A stretch of 64,000 nucleotides of DNA from Adineta vaga (taxonomy: Eukaryota; Animalia; Rotifera), in NCBI GenBank assembly GCA_021613535.1, contig CP075496.1:14198001-14262000 (forward strand), given 5' to 3'. Position 1 is the first letter of the stretch; each line of letters opens with the position of its first letter. Position numbers and translations under genes: made by a program. The notes under the pieces are model-generated. The model did no database searches, was not told the DNA's origin, and worked only from the letters and a program-made list of their open reading frames with translations. Positions 40,121 to 52,799 of the stretch are shown piece after piece.

Positions 40121-40758
40121 TTAAAAAGACTTTCATTTCTTTTCTACTGGTTTTTCACTATCAATAGCTGCATGAACCAGACTTCCTGTTACATGACGTA
40201 AAGCCTATAATACAAAAATGAAAAGATTTGATACACATTTTCCTTTCTATTGATTTATATTTACTTCTTTGATTCTTCCGAAGAAACCTGATTCAGCATT
40301 TGGAATTGGTTCACCATTCCATCGTTCTTCATGTCGAATAATTTTCTCTTGTTCATTTAATGTCAATAAAACAATAGAACGAATTGTTGTTTCCTTATTA
40401 ATACCTTTCCATTCATAACGAGTTTCAAGATTTAATTTCATTGGATTTGTATCAATATCAGCATCACTTTTTGTTACTTCAGAATCTTTGAATATTTTTG
40501 GTAATGATTTAAAAGCTGATTTGACCGAAGAAAGATTTCCAGAAAATTGAAGGGGATCTTCAAATTGAGCATTTGTATCATAATGACGGAAAGATTCTTC
40601 TGTCGGATTTGAATTGTATAAATTAAGAACATCAGAAATGATTTCTTCGCGAACTTTACGATTCGCTTCGTCTAAAAATCATCAAATATTTGTTAAAAAC
40701 TAATTTAAAAAAAGATCAAATTTATACTAAGTTTGATATTTTCAGTTGAAGTTGACAT
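40121..40758 (-). CDS. NTF2/SnoaL-like domain protein (3 exons)
   Basis: DVLNLYN..HYDTNAQFEDPL..FKSLPKIF..KIIRHEERWNG, a SnoaL-like fold signature; two short introns. Confidence 0.75.
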
Positions 40759-41385
40759 AGTAGAAAGTATTATATAACCGTTGTGTACTAGAGAACCAGA
40801 AAATACTAATGAAGAACGAGAAAAATTTGACGACAATAAACTCAAATGACGAAAAGAATTTAATGGACGAATTATTGATTGCATTATGAAAAATAATGAA
40901 AGTTTATATAGTTTAAAATGAAAACAACAAAAACGAACTTCTACTTAGATTATGTTATGTAACTGTATAATATACTCAATGATCTACAGAACATTTCAAA
41001 AGATGTCGCACTATTTCATTCATCGCTGTACTGATATTCGATTAACTTGATTATAATTTTTTCATATTTATTTGAAAAAGAAAACATTTCAATGATTTTA
41101 ACTATGACAAATAACGATTAGAGAAAAGATGCTATTGATATTTCATATATAATAATAATAATAATAAAATAAGTTTGAATTAGATTCTACTATCTAAACA
41201 CACCGATAGAATGAAGTTATATTTCTCATAATGAAAGATCTGATCACTCGATAAGATAATATCTGTTTGTTTACAACAAAATACATGACAAAGAGAGAAA
41301 AAAAAAAGGAAAATTAGATTGAAATTTATTGTCAAATACATCTGCACGTTTTTTTTGACTGATATTTCAAGAATAAGAAAATTGA

Positions 41386-42096
41386 TTATTGTGCCCAAGC
41401 TTCAAGGTCACGTAATTCTGCTGATTGATTGTTTGTTTTAATTGTTGCTGCTGATTGTGGTACATCAGGTAATGGTCCAATTGTCATCATATCTTCTTTA
41501 ATTTCTTCTTGTGCTAATAATTCTAATTCTCGTTCTAAATCAGCATCACTATATAAATCCGATGTACCCATTGGTGATGAAATTGCATTGGCAATTTCTT
41601 CCGCTAAAGAGAAAAAAATTGATTTGTTTTGTTACGAATGATCTTTTAACATGAAATTCTTACCAACAGTATGTTGTTCTGATAAATCATCCATAAGATC
41701 ATGAACTTGATCTACATCTAAATTTTGATTGGTTTTCTTCAAAGCATTTGCTGCTTGTTTCATTACACGTAAAACATCCATATTTGTTGAAGCATTTTGT
41801 AAATATTCTCGTTGAGTTTCTAATGTTGTCAATGTTCCATCTAATTGAAGTAGAGTTTTTTCATATTTCTTCTTTCGTTTTAAAGCCATTAAAGCTCCAC
41901 GTTTATTTCCTTGTTTTGAACAACGTATCGCTGTTTTCTTTTCTTCATCGATTTGAGATTCTAAATGTTGTTGTTTTTTATTGAGCATTTCTTCAACATC
42001 AGATAAACGTTGAATTGCATCAGATGATGAAACATTTTTCGTATCATCTTTTTTTGAACCAAAATCGAAAAGACGTTGAAAAGCACCGATTGGCAT
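41386..42096 (-). CDS. CHMP4: ESCRT-III Snf7/CHMP4 (shrub)
   Basis: AIQRLSDVEEMLNKKQQHLE..NKRGALMALKRKKKYEK..LDGTLTTLETQ; C-terminal LEAWAQ*; one intron. Confidence 0.93.
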
Positions 42097-42429
42097 TCTT
42101 TTTTTGACGAGAGAAGATAAGATGAAGAAGAATGATCTATCTTCTCGATGAAAGACAAAAGAACAAATGAAAATTGTTCGATTAACTAAGAAAGAAAGAA
42201 TTTCTCGATGAATCATTTCGGAAAAATTTTCTTGATTTGTTTAAAAAAATTTTGAGAAAACAAAAATAAATTTGAATAGAAAATATTTTTATAGAGAAAA
42301 TCATGTTCATTAAAATAGAAAATAGAGGTCGTCGCAAGGTTGATGAACATTGTAAATGGCGAATAGAGAATGTAACAATTACAAGAAAAGGAAAAAGACT
42401 ATTTTTTTGTTTTTTTAGAATAATCAAAA

Positions 42430-44576
42430 ATGTCTCCAGCATCAACAACAGGTGGTTCCAATGGTGGAAATGGATCTTTAACTGCACGACGTGCTGGAAC
42501 TAACTATCGTTATCGAACTGTCAATGCTCAATCAGAAGTCGATGAAACCTTGTTTGGTGCACCACATCGAGTAGAAGCAGCTGCAAAAATGCGAGCAGAA
42601 CGTCAACAGAATGACGAAAAACCAAATGAATATACAACGAAACAAGTTAGTCCTGCAAAAAAACAAGTCGTTAGACATATTACAAAAGATTTAATTCGTG
42701 ATATTATGTAAATATCATTTGATTGATTTTCTTTTCTTTAAATTAAATTTCATGTTTTAGTGTTCGTGATGAATCAACATCTAGTTCAATTATTATCGAT
42801 AGTGGAACGTATGAACGTTTAGCTCATGCTGCTCGAAATAGACCGAAAGATATACGTGAGAATGAACTTCGTCAATCGATACGTTTGAGAGAGTCCGTTG
42901 ATGTAAGATGTTGAAATTATGAGTTAGAATAAACGATAAATCTTTACTTCTTTTATTTTTTTCAAGGAAGAACTTGATCGTCGAAAGAAAACAATTCAAG
43001 AATTTGATCAACAACGAAAAAAAAATGCTCCATTAGATGATATCGAACAAGAAGCGAAAGATGAAGCTGAATATATGTTAAAACGAGCCAATGATCTTCG
43101 ACAAGAACAAGAAGATGAAGTTAAACATCTCAATGAGGTTGATTTGACAAATTTTGATTAAGAAAAAAAACAAATCCAAACGATTCTTTTTTTTTTAGTT
43201 AATTCTAAATGCAAAATGTCACGCAATACGTGATGCACAAGTTTTAGAAAAACGACAAATTAAAAAAGAAGTCAAAGAAGAAGATAAACGATTAGATATG
43301 ATGATGGAAGTTGATCGTCTCAATGCATTAAAAATTCAAGATGAAATTGAAAAACGAAGACATTTACAAAATAAAGAGTAAGATTATTTCATACATGAAC
43401 TTGTTGATAAATAATCTTCGATTGTTTTTCTATTTTCCTATAAATTTCACCTTCACTTGCAATTAAGTTCATTTTCTTGTCTAGAGGTGCAAGTATGGTC
43501 TTGAAACAAATTGAAGAACTTGAAAAAGAAAAAATCTTAAAAGAAGAAGCACGTGAACAAGAAAATGCAGCAATGTTTGAATATATCCAAAAATTACAAG
43601 AAAAAGATTTTGAAGAATTTGCCAAACGAAAAGAATCACAAAAGAAATTAGCGGTAGATTGAATTCTTGTTTTTGTTTTTTTTCTTTTTCAAAACAATTC
43701 TTTCGAAATCTTTTAGAAAGAACTTTTAAAAGCCAATCATGATATTGAAGAACAACGTGTATTTCGTAAACAACATGATCGTTTATCTGATTTAGCTGTT
43801 TTAGAATTTCAAAAAGCAAAAGCAGCTCGAGATGCAGCACATGAAGCGGAAGTGGAAAGAAAACGATCAGAAAAAGAGAAAGAAGTTGCACGTTTACGTG
43901 CTCAACAAGAACGTTCAAGGGATTTACAAGCGGATAAAGATGCATTAAGAGCTCGACGAGAACAAGAACGACGAGAACGAGAATGGAGAGAAAAAGAAAG
44001 AATACAAGCAATGAAGAAGAAAGATATGGAAGATGAAATGCGTTTAGCAAGAGATTGGCAAATTAAAAATAAAGAACAATATATAGCGATCGAAGCAGCA
44101 AGAGAAAGAGCAGAATTTGAACGTGTTCTTAAGTAAACGAATTTTTCTATAAGAAGATCGTTTTTTTTTTCTATTGAGAAATTGAATTTTCTAGAGCACA
44201 ATTATCTCAAGCAGAAAAAGATCGACAAGAACAAGTAGCAAGAATTTCTAAACGAGATAAATTTGCCAATGAATTACGTGACCAAATTATTCGTCATGAA
44301 AAACAAAAAGTTGCCGAACGAACAGCATTTTTTGAAGAAGGTGTTCGACTTGATGAACAAGCACGTTTACGAAGAGTTCAACTCGATGAAATAAAAACAA
44401 GAAAACTCAATGATTTACGGTAAATTATTTCAAATTCTTTTCCTAAATTCAATTCAAATTTCGTTTTTAGTCGTGCCGGTGTTCCGGAAAAATATTGTGC
44501 TGATATTGAACGAAAGATCAATGCAACGACACATTTAAATACGGATAGAACAACGAATGAATCAACTGTTCACTAA
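42430..44576 (+). CDS. CFAP45: Cilia- and flagella-associated protein 45 (CCDC19), multi-exon
   Basis: YRTVNAQSEVDETLFG, ILNAKCHAIRDAQVLEK, DALRARREQERREREWREKE, AGVPEKYC motifs. Confidence 0.9.
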
Positions 44577-45347
44577 AAAAAAGGAATCGATATATTTTTT
44601 TTCAAATGTTATTTTTATTTTGTCTTTTGCAAAACATATTTATCTCATTGACATTATTTGTCAACCTATTCTTCCTGGAATTTTAATTTATTTAGCAAAC
44701 TAATCTCACCGAATTTATAAATATTGTCTTTCTTTCCATTTCATTTTTTTTTCTTTGTTCATCGAAATAAATATTTCATTTATGTCAATTCAAATTTATA
44801 TTTACGAAGAATCATATGTGAAATGAAACAATAATGACGTAAAAAAGTTATACAACGGTAAAATCATGGAATAGGAATACATAACGTTTGCCTATCTATG
44901 TCCAGTCAACATACAGTAAACTACTTAGTAAAAACTAATCGTTGGTTACTACGAGTTTGATCGAATCCTCGGACGAGCGTCACTTGTTCATTTCGTTTTT
45001 AAATCGATTCTAAGCTACTTTTTTTTTTAATCTAAAAGGACATTTCATAAGTATAGAATAATTAACAAAATATGTCATTGATAAATTCTATTCATCTAAT
45101 CAATCTTTTCACCTTATCCTTTGAATATGAACAAATTAATTGCGTTGTATGAAACGTACTCAACTTTAAACTACAAAGATATAATTGAAAATAGAAATTT
45201 GTCTAGCAGAGACAAAAAAATTCTTTCTATTTTCAAGCAAATCTTTTCATCTCTAACGATGTTCATTCTTCTCTTCTTATAATTTCCGATGAGTGCATAA
45301 AATCTTCAAACAAATGTTTTTAAAGTTTACAATTGCAAACTTGCTCG

Positions 45348-46337
45348 ATGTTTGACATGGAAGAAACCGATACGAGTGCTCGTCAATTGATGATTATAGC
45401 TGGTATAATCATGTTAATCTTTGGTTCGATTGGAAATCTTTTAAATATTTATGTATTTATCATTTGGTGTCGTCCTCGAACAACATCAACTGATCATCAT
45501 CATGTCAATCAAACAAATAATAGTTCATTATATTTACTTGCATCTTCAATATCAAATTTAATCGTTATTCTTTATCCATTATTAACTCGAATTATTTTCG
45601 ATGGTTTTAATTATCTTGTTTCACCCAATCAAGTAATTATCTTATGTCAACTTCGATTTTTTATTTTACATACATTTGATTTAATATCTTTAACATATTT
45701 TTGTATGGCAACATTCGATCGATATTTAATTACATCAAGAAATGCTCATTTACGAAATCTTAGTACAACAAAACATCGTACAATACAAATTATTCTCATT
45801 ATTTTTCTTCTTTTTAGTTTACATAATATTCCTGTCGCCATTTTTTTTCATGTTTCACCAACAGGTCATTGTGACATAAGTTCAACAGGATATCTTTATT
45901 ATTATTTATATGCTATTCAAATTTTATTTCATGGAATTATTCCGATTATATTTCTTTCCATATTTGGTACATTAACATTTCAACATTTGAAAAAACTTCA
46001 AATTCATGGTCATTTAAATGTTGATAAACAATTATCTCGAATGCTTTTATTAATGTCAACAGCAATAATTATTTCATCAATTCCATATTGTATTGAACAA
46101 ATCTATTATGTCATGTTCTCTCGTAATAATACTGAACCATCTTCATTATTCTTTCTTTTACATGTCATTTCATCGATTTTATTTTATACATATCCTGTTT
46201 CAAGTTATTACATTTATTTTATTTCTACACCACATTTTCGTCATGAAATCAAACGATTATTTCGTTGTAATCAACATATTCATCTTCGTATTCATAATCA
46301 AATTCATACAATTACAGAACAACATCAGCTTCATTAA
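45348..46337 (+). CDS. Rhodopsin-like class A GPCR (rotifer-expanded orphan), intronless
   Basis: 7 hydrophobic segments, GSIGNLLN, TM3 Cys, ATFDRY, FRHEIK helix 8. Confidence 0.85.
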   Translation: MFDMEETDTSARQLMIIAGIIMLIFGSIGNLLNIYVFIIWCRPRTTSTDHHHVNQTNNSSLYLLASSISNLIVILYPLLTRIIFDGFNYLVSPNQVIILCQLRFFILHTFDLISLTYFCMATFDRYLITSRNAHLRNLSTTKHRTIQIILIIFLLFSLHNIPVAIFFHVSPTGHCDISSTGYLYYYLYAIQILFHGIIPIIFLSIFGTLTFQHLKKLQIHGHLNVDKQLSRMLLLMSTAIIISSIPYCIEQIYYVMFSRNNTEPSSLFFLLHVISSILFYTYPVSSYYIYFISTPHFRHEIKRLFRCNQHIHLRIHNQIHTITEQHQLH

Positions 46338-48119
46338 AATATATCAGATCATTTACTTTTCGAATCATTGATATTGTCAAAAGGCAAATCTTTTTATCAA
46401 TGAAATTCTTTAGGCTTAATTAGCGAAAAACAGGACGGTAGTCACAAGATCTTCTTTTATTATTCTGTACTATTGAAGTGTAAAAATTAAAAATAAATCC
46501 TAATTAGAAGAAAAAACATGATCGTGTCATGCGTAATGTCTTCTTTTAAATAGGTTTCTGTGTAGGATGTCTTTGAAAACAATGAATGTGTGTCAAAAAT
46601 TTCAAATTGACGGAGAAACTCATTTTTAATGATGTAGAAGTTCAATTATACTTTGAAATACTCAACGATAGAATTCTTGTATATGAAAAGTTTCTTTTAT
46701 TATTGAATCGATCAAAGAAACATATTTCTCATGTTTATTATCGAAAATTCGTTAGAAAGATTGGTGTATATATGATCTTTTCTTTCAAATGTCTTTTTTT
46801 GAGGTTATTAGTGACGTGATATTGCCGTAGATGTCTTAATAAAATATGTATCATCCATCCGTTGTTTATTCGTCGTGCCAAGATGGGGATAGGCTTCAGA
46901 CTGGACACCTCCGAGTAACTCGCTGAAAATATGGATATCTGGTTAATGAGATTATGACAACCGTTGATATTGTAAAAGAATGAAAAGTCTTTATTTGCAT
47001 AAAAGTTAAACTTACGATACTTTTTCCATTTATAAATATCAGAATAGAAATGAACTTTGAGAATAAAATATTGTTCTACATATATATATATTTCTCACTG
47101 ATATACTCTATTAATGATTGCGCTCTTGTTTGTTTACAATCGGCACAATATTCAATAGCTGTTTTCGATAGTCAAATGAGCAGTTTTTCATTATTTAAGG
47201 AACTATATTGGCAGACGATAAGTAACTTGTATTAGTAACCGTTCCTATAATACATTGTTTTCATTTCCCATCGAAGGATAATGAATGACATAGCTTTTAT
47301 TCATTTCGTGGAGATTCATCACAAACTATTCAATTTCTTTATCTAATTCTATTTAGAACCACTTGTTTTATAGATATTATGTCGATATGAACCTCGTTTT
47401 TTAAGCTCAGCTAATTTTAACATTTCTATTGAGAACGCAAATATCATCAATCTTTATCCTTTCAAAACGGTTTTCAATTTCATTGTTCAAATCTTTTCAT
47501 ACGTTTTGAATTACAAATATAAGTTTTAAACTAAATTATCTTTGAATAATGAGTATCACATTACTCATTTATCTGATGCTTTTATTATCTAATCTCTAGA
47601 TCATGTAATATTGAATCGTGAACTTTATCAATCGATAGCAACAATAAGAATATTTTGTTCTAAAAATGACTTTCTATATAAGAAGTTCGTCTAGTATAAA
47701 GTAATTAAAGGTTTAAAATCAATGTTAAACGGTTTTCTTTATTTACTTCGATATTATTCACCAGATTTTTTTCTTTCTTTATTGGGTCGCAGATGGAATT
47801 AATATGTTATGATATTAAATTTATATAGAAGAAAGATGAATGAAAAAAATCCAATAACATCGCCGATAAGCAAAAAATGAGTGAGAGAAATGAAAGAAAG
47901 AAAGAAAAAAAATACTTTGCATATGTACATACGTTCGCCGACAGCATCGATAATGAATGTATATATAAAAAGATAAAGTGTGTAATAGGATCGAAACTAT
48001 AGCAATCATTCCATATTGAATGTAAGTTTCGATTATATGTTATCTTTTATTTATATAGATATATTTAGTAAATGATAAAATACTCGTACACGAAAACTTT
48101 CTTTTGTAGAAAAATAATC

Positions 48120-49305
48120 ATGTGGAAATGTTTCAATACTTGGATTATTCTTCTTATTCTTGGTGAAAAATGTATTTTAACATCTCAATTTCTTTTACCA
48201 GACCGACAAGAATTATTACTTGTTCCATCAGTTGCTTTTCGTCATCATTCAGAATCGATGGCATTGACTGCAGTTGCTCAAATAACAGATGATTGGATTT
48301 TATATGCTCAAGGTAGTTTTCTTACACTTATTTCCTTTTTTATTTGCTTATCGTTTTCTTTCAGGTTGGTTTTTTGAAGAAAATCCATTTCGAGCTGGTC
48401 TTGCAAGATCAATTCTTGGAACAACTGTTCATGATATTGATCGCAAACGTGTTGCTTATTTTACTGGTAGTGGTATACGGTATAAAGCTTTGTGTATCGA
48501 TGGTTTAAAAAATGAAATGTGTACACAAACAGATTCAAATGGTTTAATTGAAACACAATTTCGATTATCAAATAATGATATCGATCTTTTTCGTGTTCCT
48601 GGAGGAAGTGGTGGAAAAGTTGAATATTCCGTTTCAACAATTGATAAAAATCTGCAGAAAAAAGGTGAAATCTTTCTTTGTGATGATCATGGAATATCAT
48701 TTATTAGTGATATTGTAAGTAATTATTTTGATCAATGAAGATAATTTAATATGATATAGGATGATACAATAAAAATCACTGGTGTAACAAGTGCACGTGC
48801 TGTACTTCGAAATACATTTTCTGGTGAATATAAAGCTGTACCTGGTATGTCCGAACGTTATCGTCATTATGAATCAGTTTATAATGCAACATTTCATTAT
48901 TTAACTGCATCACCTGATCAATTATATCCATTTTTACGAGAATTTTTTGATCGTGAACAATTCCCATTAGGTTCATATCATATGAGACATTTCACATGGT
49001 TTGATACAAATTTCTTTCAATTTTTTGCATCAAAATCATTCATTCGACAAAAAACAAATATATTACATATGTTTTTTCAACAAACACGTTCAAGACAATT
49101 TATTTTACTTGGTGATATATTTCAAAAAGATCCAGAAATTTATGCTAATATTTATCAAAATTATCCTGACAGAATTCTAAAAATCTTTATACGTGTACCA
49201 AAGAAGAGAACTATTGATCGATTAGGTGAAGTATTCAAAGATATACCAAAAAATAAATGGGCAACATTTGTGAATGGTTATGATTTACCAGAAAGTATAT
49301 TTTAA
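48120..49305 (+). CDS. App1-like phosphatidate phosphatase (DUF2183, HAD-like) with signal peptide
   Basis: ISDI|DDTIK (DxDxT), VPGMSERY, FHYLTASPDQLYPFL..FPLGS, FILLGD..KDPEIY..YPDRILKIFIR; introns 48313-48364 and 48715-48759. Confidence 0.88.
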
Positions 49306-49449
49306 AATTTAATAAATAAAAGTTTTAGAAAAAAAAAGAGGGAAAAACTTCGTACATAAACACTTTATTGAAAAAAAAGGTTCAAATTGTAACTCTTAAC
49401 CGGGCCGATGAGGGTCTATAAACAAAACAAATACAATCAATTTTATATA

Positions 49450-49478
49450 TACAGTACTGGCCAAAACTATAAGAACAA
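49450..49478 (+). mobile_element. Tc1/mariner-like terminal inverted repeat (orphan end)
   Basis: TA|CAGTACTGGCCAAAA resembles Tc1-family termini at a TA site; partner end not found. Confidence 0.45.
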
Positions 49479-49705
49479 AATCACAGCTTCATCTACGTTA
49501 TATAAAAGCAAGGTTGTTTCCGATTGAAAATAATATAAGTAGACATCAGTCTTACTGGTAATCATTTCCATAAAAAAAGTTATGCAAAATAATTGAAACT
49601 AAGATTTCCAACTGTATCTCTTTTTTATGCTAAAATGACTGGAAAATACCAATAAAATTCATTGATAGGGTTGTCCAGTTTTAAAAACAATAGATATTGA
49701 AATTT

Positions 49706-49960
49706 AAATGATAGATTCGAATAGAGAATCATTTTCTCTACAAGAACAAACATTAAGCAACTTTTTAGATATCTTTCTGTCATATACATATAATCAAAGA
49801 CAAATTAAATTGAAGAAAAATCGCGCTTTTATGCTTATTTTTCATGTAAAATAGTGAATTATTTTGGATCATAGATATAGCTCGTTAACAAAAAGATATT
49901 TAAAGCTGCCCAATGTTTGTTCTTGTGGAGAAAATGATGTTCTATTCATTTTTATCATTT
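49706..49960. mobile_element. Palindromic MITE-like element
   Basis: Imperfect IR tcattttctctacaagaacaaacatt / aatgtttgttcttgtggagaaaatga with extended flanking complementarity. Confidence 0.6.
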
Positions 49961-50018
49961 TCCCATACGATTTCAATCATCACACGAGAAAATGATTAAA
50001 CATACTTGTAATTATCAG

Positions 50019-50209
50019 TGTGAAGCTAGCACCATTTAGCTAGCGCCATGAAACTAAGAATTTTGTGAAAATGAATTCCCGTCGATGACAATGAGTCTAT
50101 TCGACGCAGAATTTGATTCTACATAGAATAGACACATTTTCGTCGACGGGAATTCGTTTTTACAGAATTCTTTGTTTCGTGGTGCTAACTCCATGGTTCT
50201 AGCTTCACA
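50019..50209. mobile_element. Near-perfect ~190-bp hairpin MITE
   Basis: tgtgaagctag..gaattcccgtcga..gtctattc / gaatagac..tcgacgggaattc..ctagcttcaca; arms of ~90 bp around agaatttgattct. Confidence 0.75.
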
Positions 50210-50599
50210 TCGATTGGTTATTATTTCATTACTTTTATTTAATAAAAATCCAGCTTCGACTTTTTATCTTTATTTTGTTTCTACACTACATTTTCGTTAG
50301 GAAATCAAACAATTTTTTCGTTATAATAAACAAATTCATGTTCCTTTCTATAGAACATCAACAGTTTCATACTCATCAAAATATTCAATTGACGTAATTA
50401 TTGAAACAAACAGAAAGAAGGATACGACATTTACGTTTATCATTGTAATTCAACTATGTAGGAAGACTTTAAAAGAAACATATTCCAACGAGCAAAGGGT
50501 GTGGGTGGGTGAAGGTGTTGTAAGGCACAGAGCAAAGTGTGGAGATTGAATACTTTAAAACTAGATGCTTCGACTTCTAGATGTATAAGTTTAGAACTC

Positions 50600-51617
50600 G
50601 AAGAAGGAGCCTAATACTCGAAACCACTTAACGATTTCTACACTACTCCATTTACAACGTATAGCTGAAAAGAAATGTATCAACCTTAATCCAAGTCGTT
50701 TAAAATGTGATTACTCATTAGCTGCTATCAATGGATTTAGAAGAGTGTTTCATTCTATACATGTATCAGGATTTTTTTTTTAACTTTTCACAATCGCTTT
50801 GGCGAAAAATACAAGAATTGGAACTTAGTCGATATGTTAAATATTCAAATTTAACTAACTCCAATAATACTGATGCAACACTTAAAACAAATGCTACTAA
50901 ATGGTTTCTTTGTGCTATATTGGTTTAGCTTTAATTCCATCTTATCTAGTCGAAAAAACATGGGTCGAAGCTATAGATGAATATACACCAGATCATAGTT
51001 CAAGTATTACATTTAATGATTATATTGTATCTACTTATGTTGATTGTACATCATCTCGTTATCCTATTAATTTATAGAATGTTAATAACGCAATTATAAA
51101 TAATGTACCTAGAACTAACAATCACGTGGAGGCATACAACAAAAGATTAGGTTCATTGTTTCCTACGCATCCTCATATCTTTCGCTTCATTGAAATGTTA
51201 AAAGATGAACACGTATATCAACAGCATTGAACAATCAATGGTGCATGCTCCAAGACGACAAAAAAAGCGAAGATATCAATGTTCTACTCAACAAACTACT
51301 CGAGCAGCATAGTAAGGGTCGAATTACAGATCTTGATTTAGCTATTCAATGTGGAAAAGCTGTGAAAACTAAACTGGTAAAGCAATAATAGTCTTATTTT
51401 TGTTGTATATACATGCACACATAGGTGCATTTCTTTGTTATGATCATAATATTGTTGATTTATTTTCTCTCTGTTCTATTACATATCTTGTTCTCTTCTT
51501 ATAAATACAACTTATGATTATTCTAATTAATTGTATAAGGGCCGAAATAAGAAAGGACCAAAATGAAGAGGACCCCAATGAGAAGGACCGATTCGGACCG
51601 AATCGAGGACTACCCAA
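50600..51617 (+). mobile_element. Mutator-like (MULE) transposase pseudogene with repetitive terminal region
   Basis: LNPSRLKCDYSLAAINGFRRVF..GFFFNFSQSLWRKIQEL and PRTNNHVEAYN..HPHIFRFIEMLKDE; ggaccga/ggacca short repeats at 51538-51617. Confidence 0.8.
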
Positions 51618-52141
51618 ATGAAATCCCTTTGGCCTTCATGGTATTTAATATCTTATCTTTATGGGTGATCAACGAAGATGAAATTAGACAAAAGAGAACT
51701 TCATTCGATGCCACTACCAATCAATTATTAGATCATGCATTATCTTTAATACCAGCTCAGTCATTTTTTGTTCCTGCATAAAATAACAATAAGTAAGTCA
51801 AGAATTTGTACTTTCAGAAAAAAAAGGATTGATGACAATCAATAATTTAGCAAAAATTGAAACGAAATTCGAGGTAAAATTTTTCTTAAACCATTTTTAT
51901 TCTTTAACCATCATTTATTGAGTTCAAATTGAAATATCTCGACGAATTTATCTAGAAAAGTAATAAATTATTTTTGTTTTTATTGTAGTCCTTCATCGTC
52001 GCCTTCTTGATCTCCACCTACATCTTCATCTTTATCATCGGCATCTTCGTCAGCATGTTTGTCAACATCGTCATCACTATCTTCATCGCCGTCATTATCT
52101 TTGATTGTTCGAAATAAATGAAATATCTTGTTTATTTTTAG

Positions 52142-52443
52142 GATTCACTATAATCAAGATTCAGAAGGTGAATGTGCTGTTCCAGTAGTACGTCGTTTTG
52201 ATTCTTCGTCAAATGGTAATAGATTATTTTGGTACAGTTTTGATATTGGCCCTTTCCATTTATTCTGGTGAATACAATTTTCACCTTCGATCATTACAAT
52301 ATATTTTGGTTAGAAAAAATTTACAATCATTAAATCGTTCTCGTACATCGTGGATTATTGTCGGTTCACATCGTCCAATGTATTCATCACAAATAATTCA
52401 GCTACTTTATTTAATTATATTAATGTTGCAATTCTATTTAGAA
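52142..52443 (+). pseudogene. Purple acid phosphatase (metallophosphoesterase) fragment
   Basis: DSEGECAVP..RF..NGN..FWYSFDIG then (frameshift) QY..NLQSLNRSRTSWIIVGSHRPMYSS; truncated by a MITE. Confidence 0.75.
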
Positions 52444-52646
52444 CAAGGAGGAAAATGTGAGATTTCCATACTTCCACATACTTCTACTGTACTTCTATTA
52501 TACTCCCTTGTACCGAACAGTACGATAGAAGTATGATGGAAGTATCCGAGAAGTACAAGGAAAGTACGAAGGAGTATACTTCTTTCATACTTTCCTCGTA
52601 CTTCCACGATACTTCGAAGTACGGAAGTCTTGCTTTTCCCTCCTTG
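52444..52646. mobile_element. MITE with CAAGGAGG terminal inverted repeats
   Basis: caaggaggaaaatgtgagatttccatacttc / gaagtacggaagtcttgcttttccctccttg; internal tacttc/gaagta repeats. Confidence 0.75.
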
Positions 52647-52799
52647 ATATTATCTCATAATTATAACTATGAACAAGAATTTTTTATGAAGATATCTTAA
52701 AGTAAATAAAAGAATAAATATAGAATCATCTCATGATTTATCTTCAGAAAGATAAAGGATTTTGTTTTTTTCACAAATAAAATATTCGCTTATCCGATA

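Noticed and set aside
43481-44201. Long minus-strand ORFs (and similar short antisense ORFs elsewhere in the track)
   Set aside because: Shadow frames of CFAP45 and other real genes
51980-52110. Asp-rich (minus) / Ser-rich (plus) coding-like stretch
   Set aside because: Low-complexity, strand ambiguous, cannot be linked to a gene model
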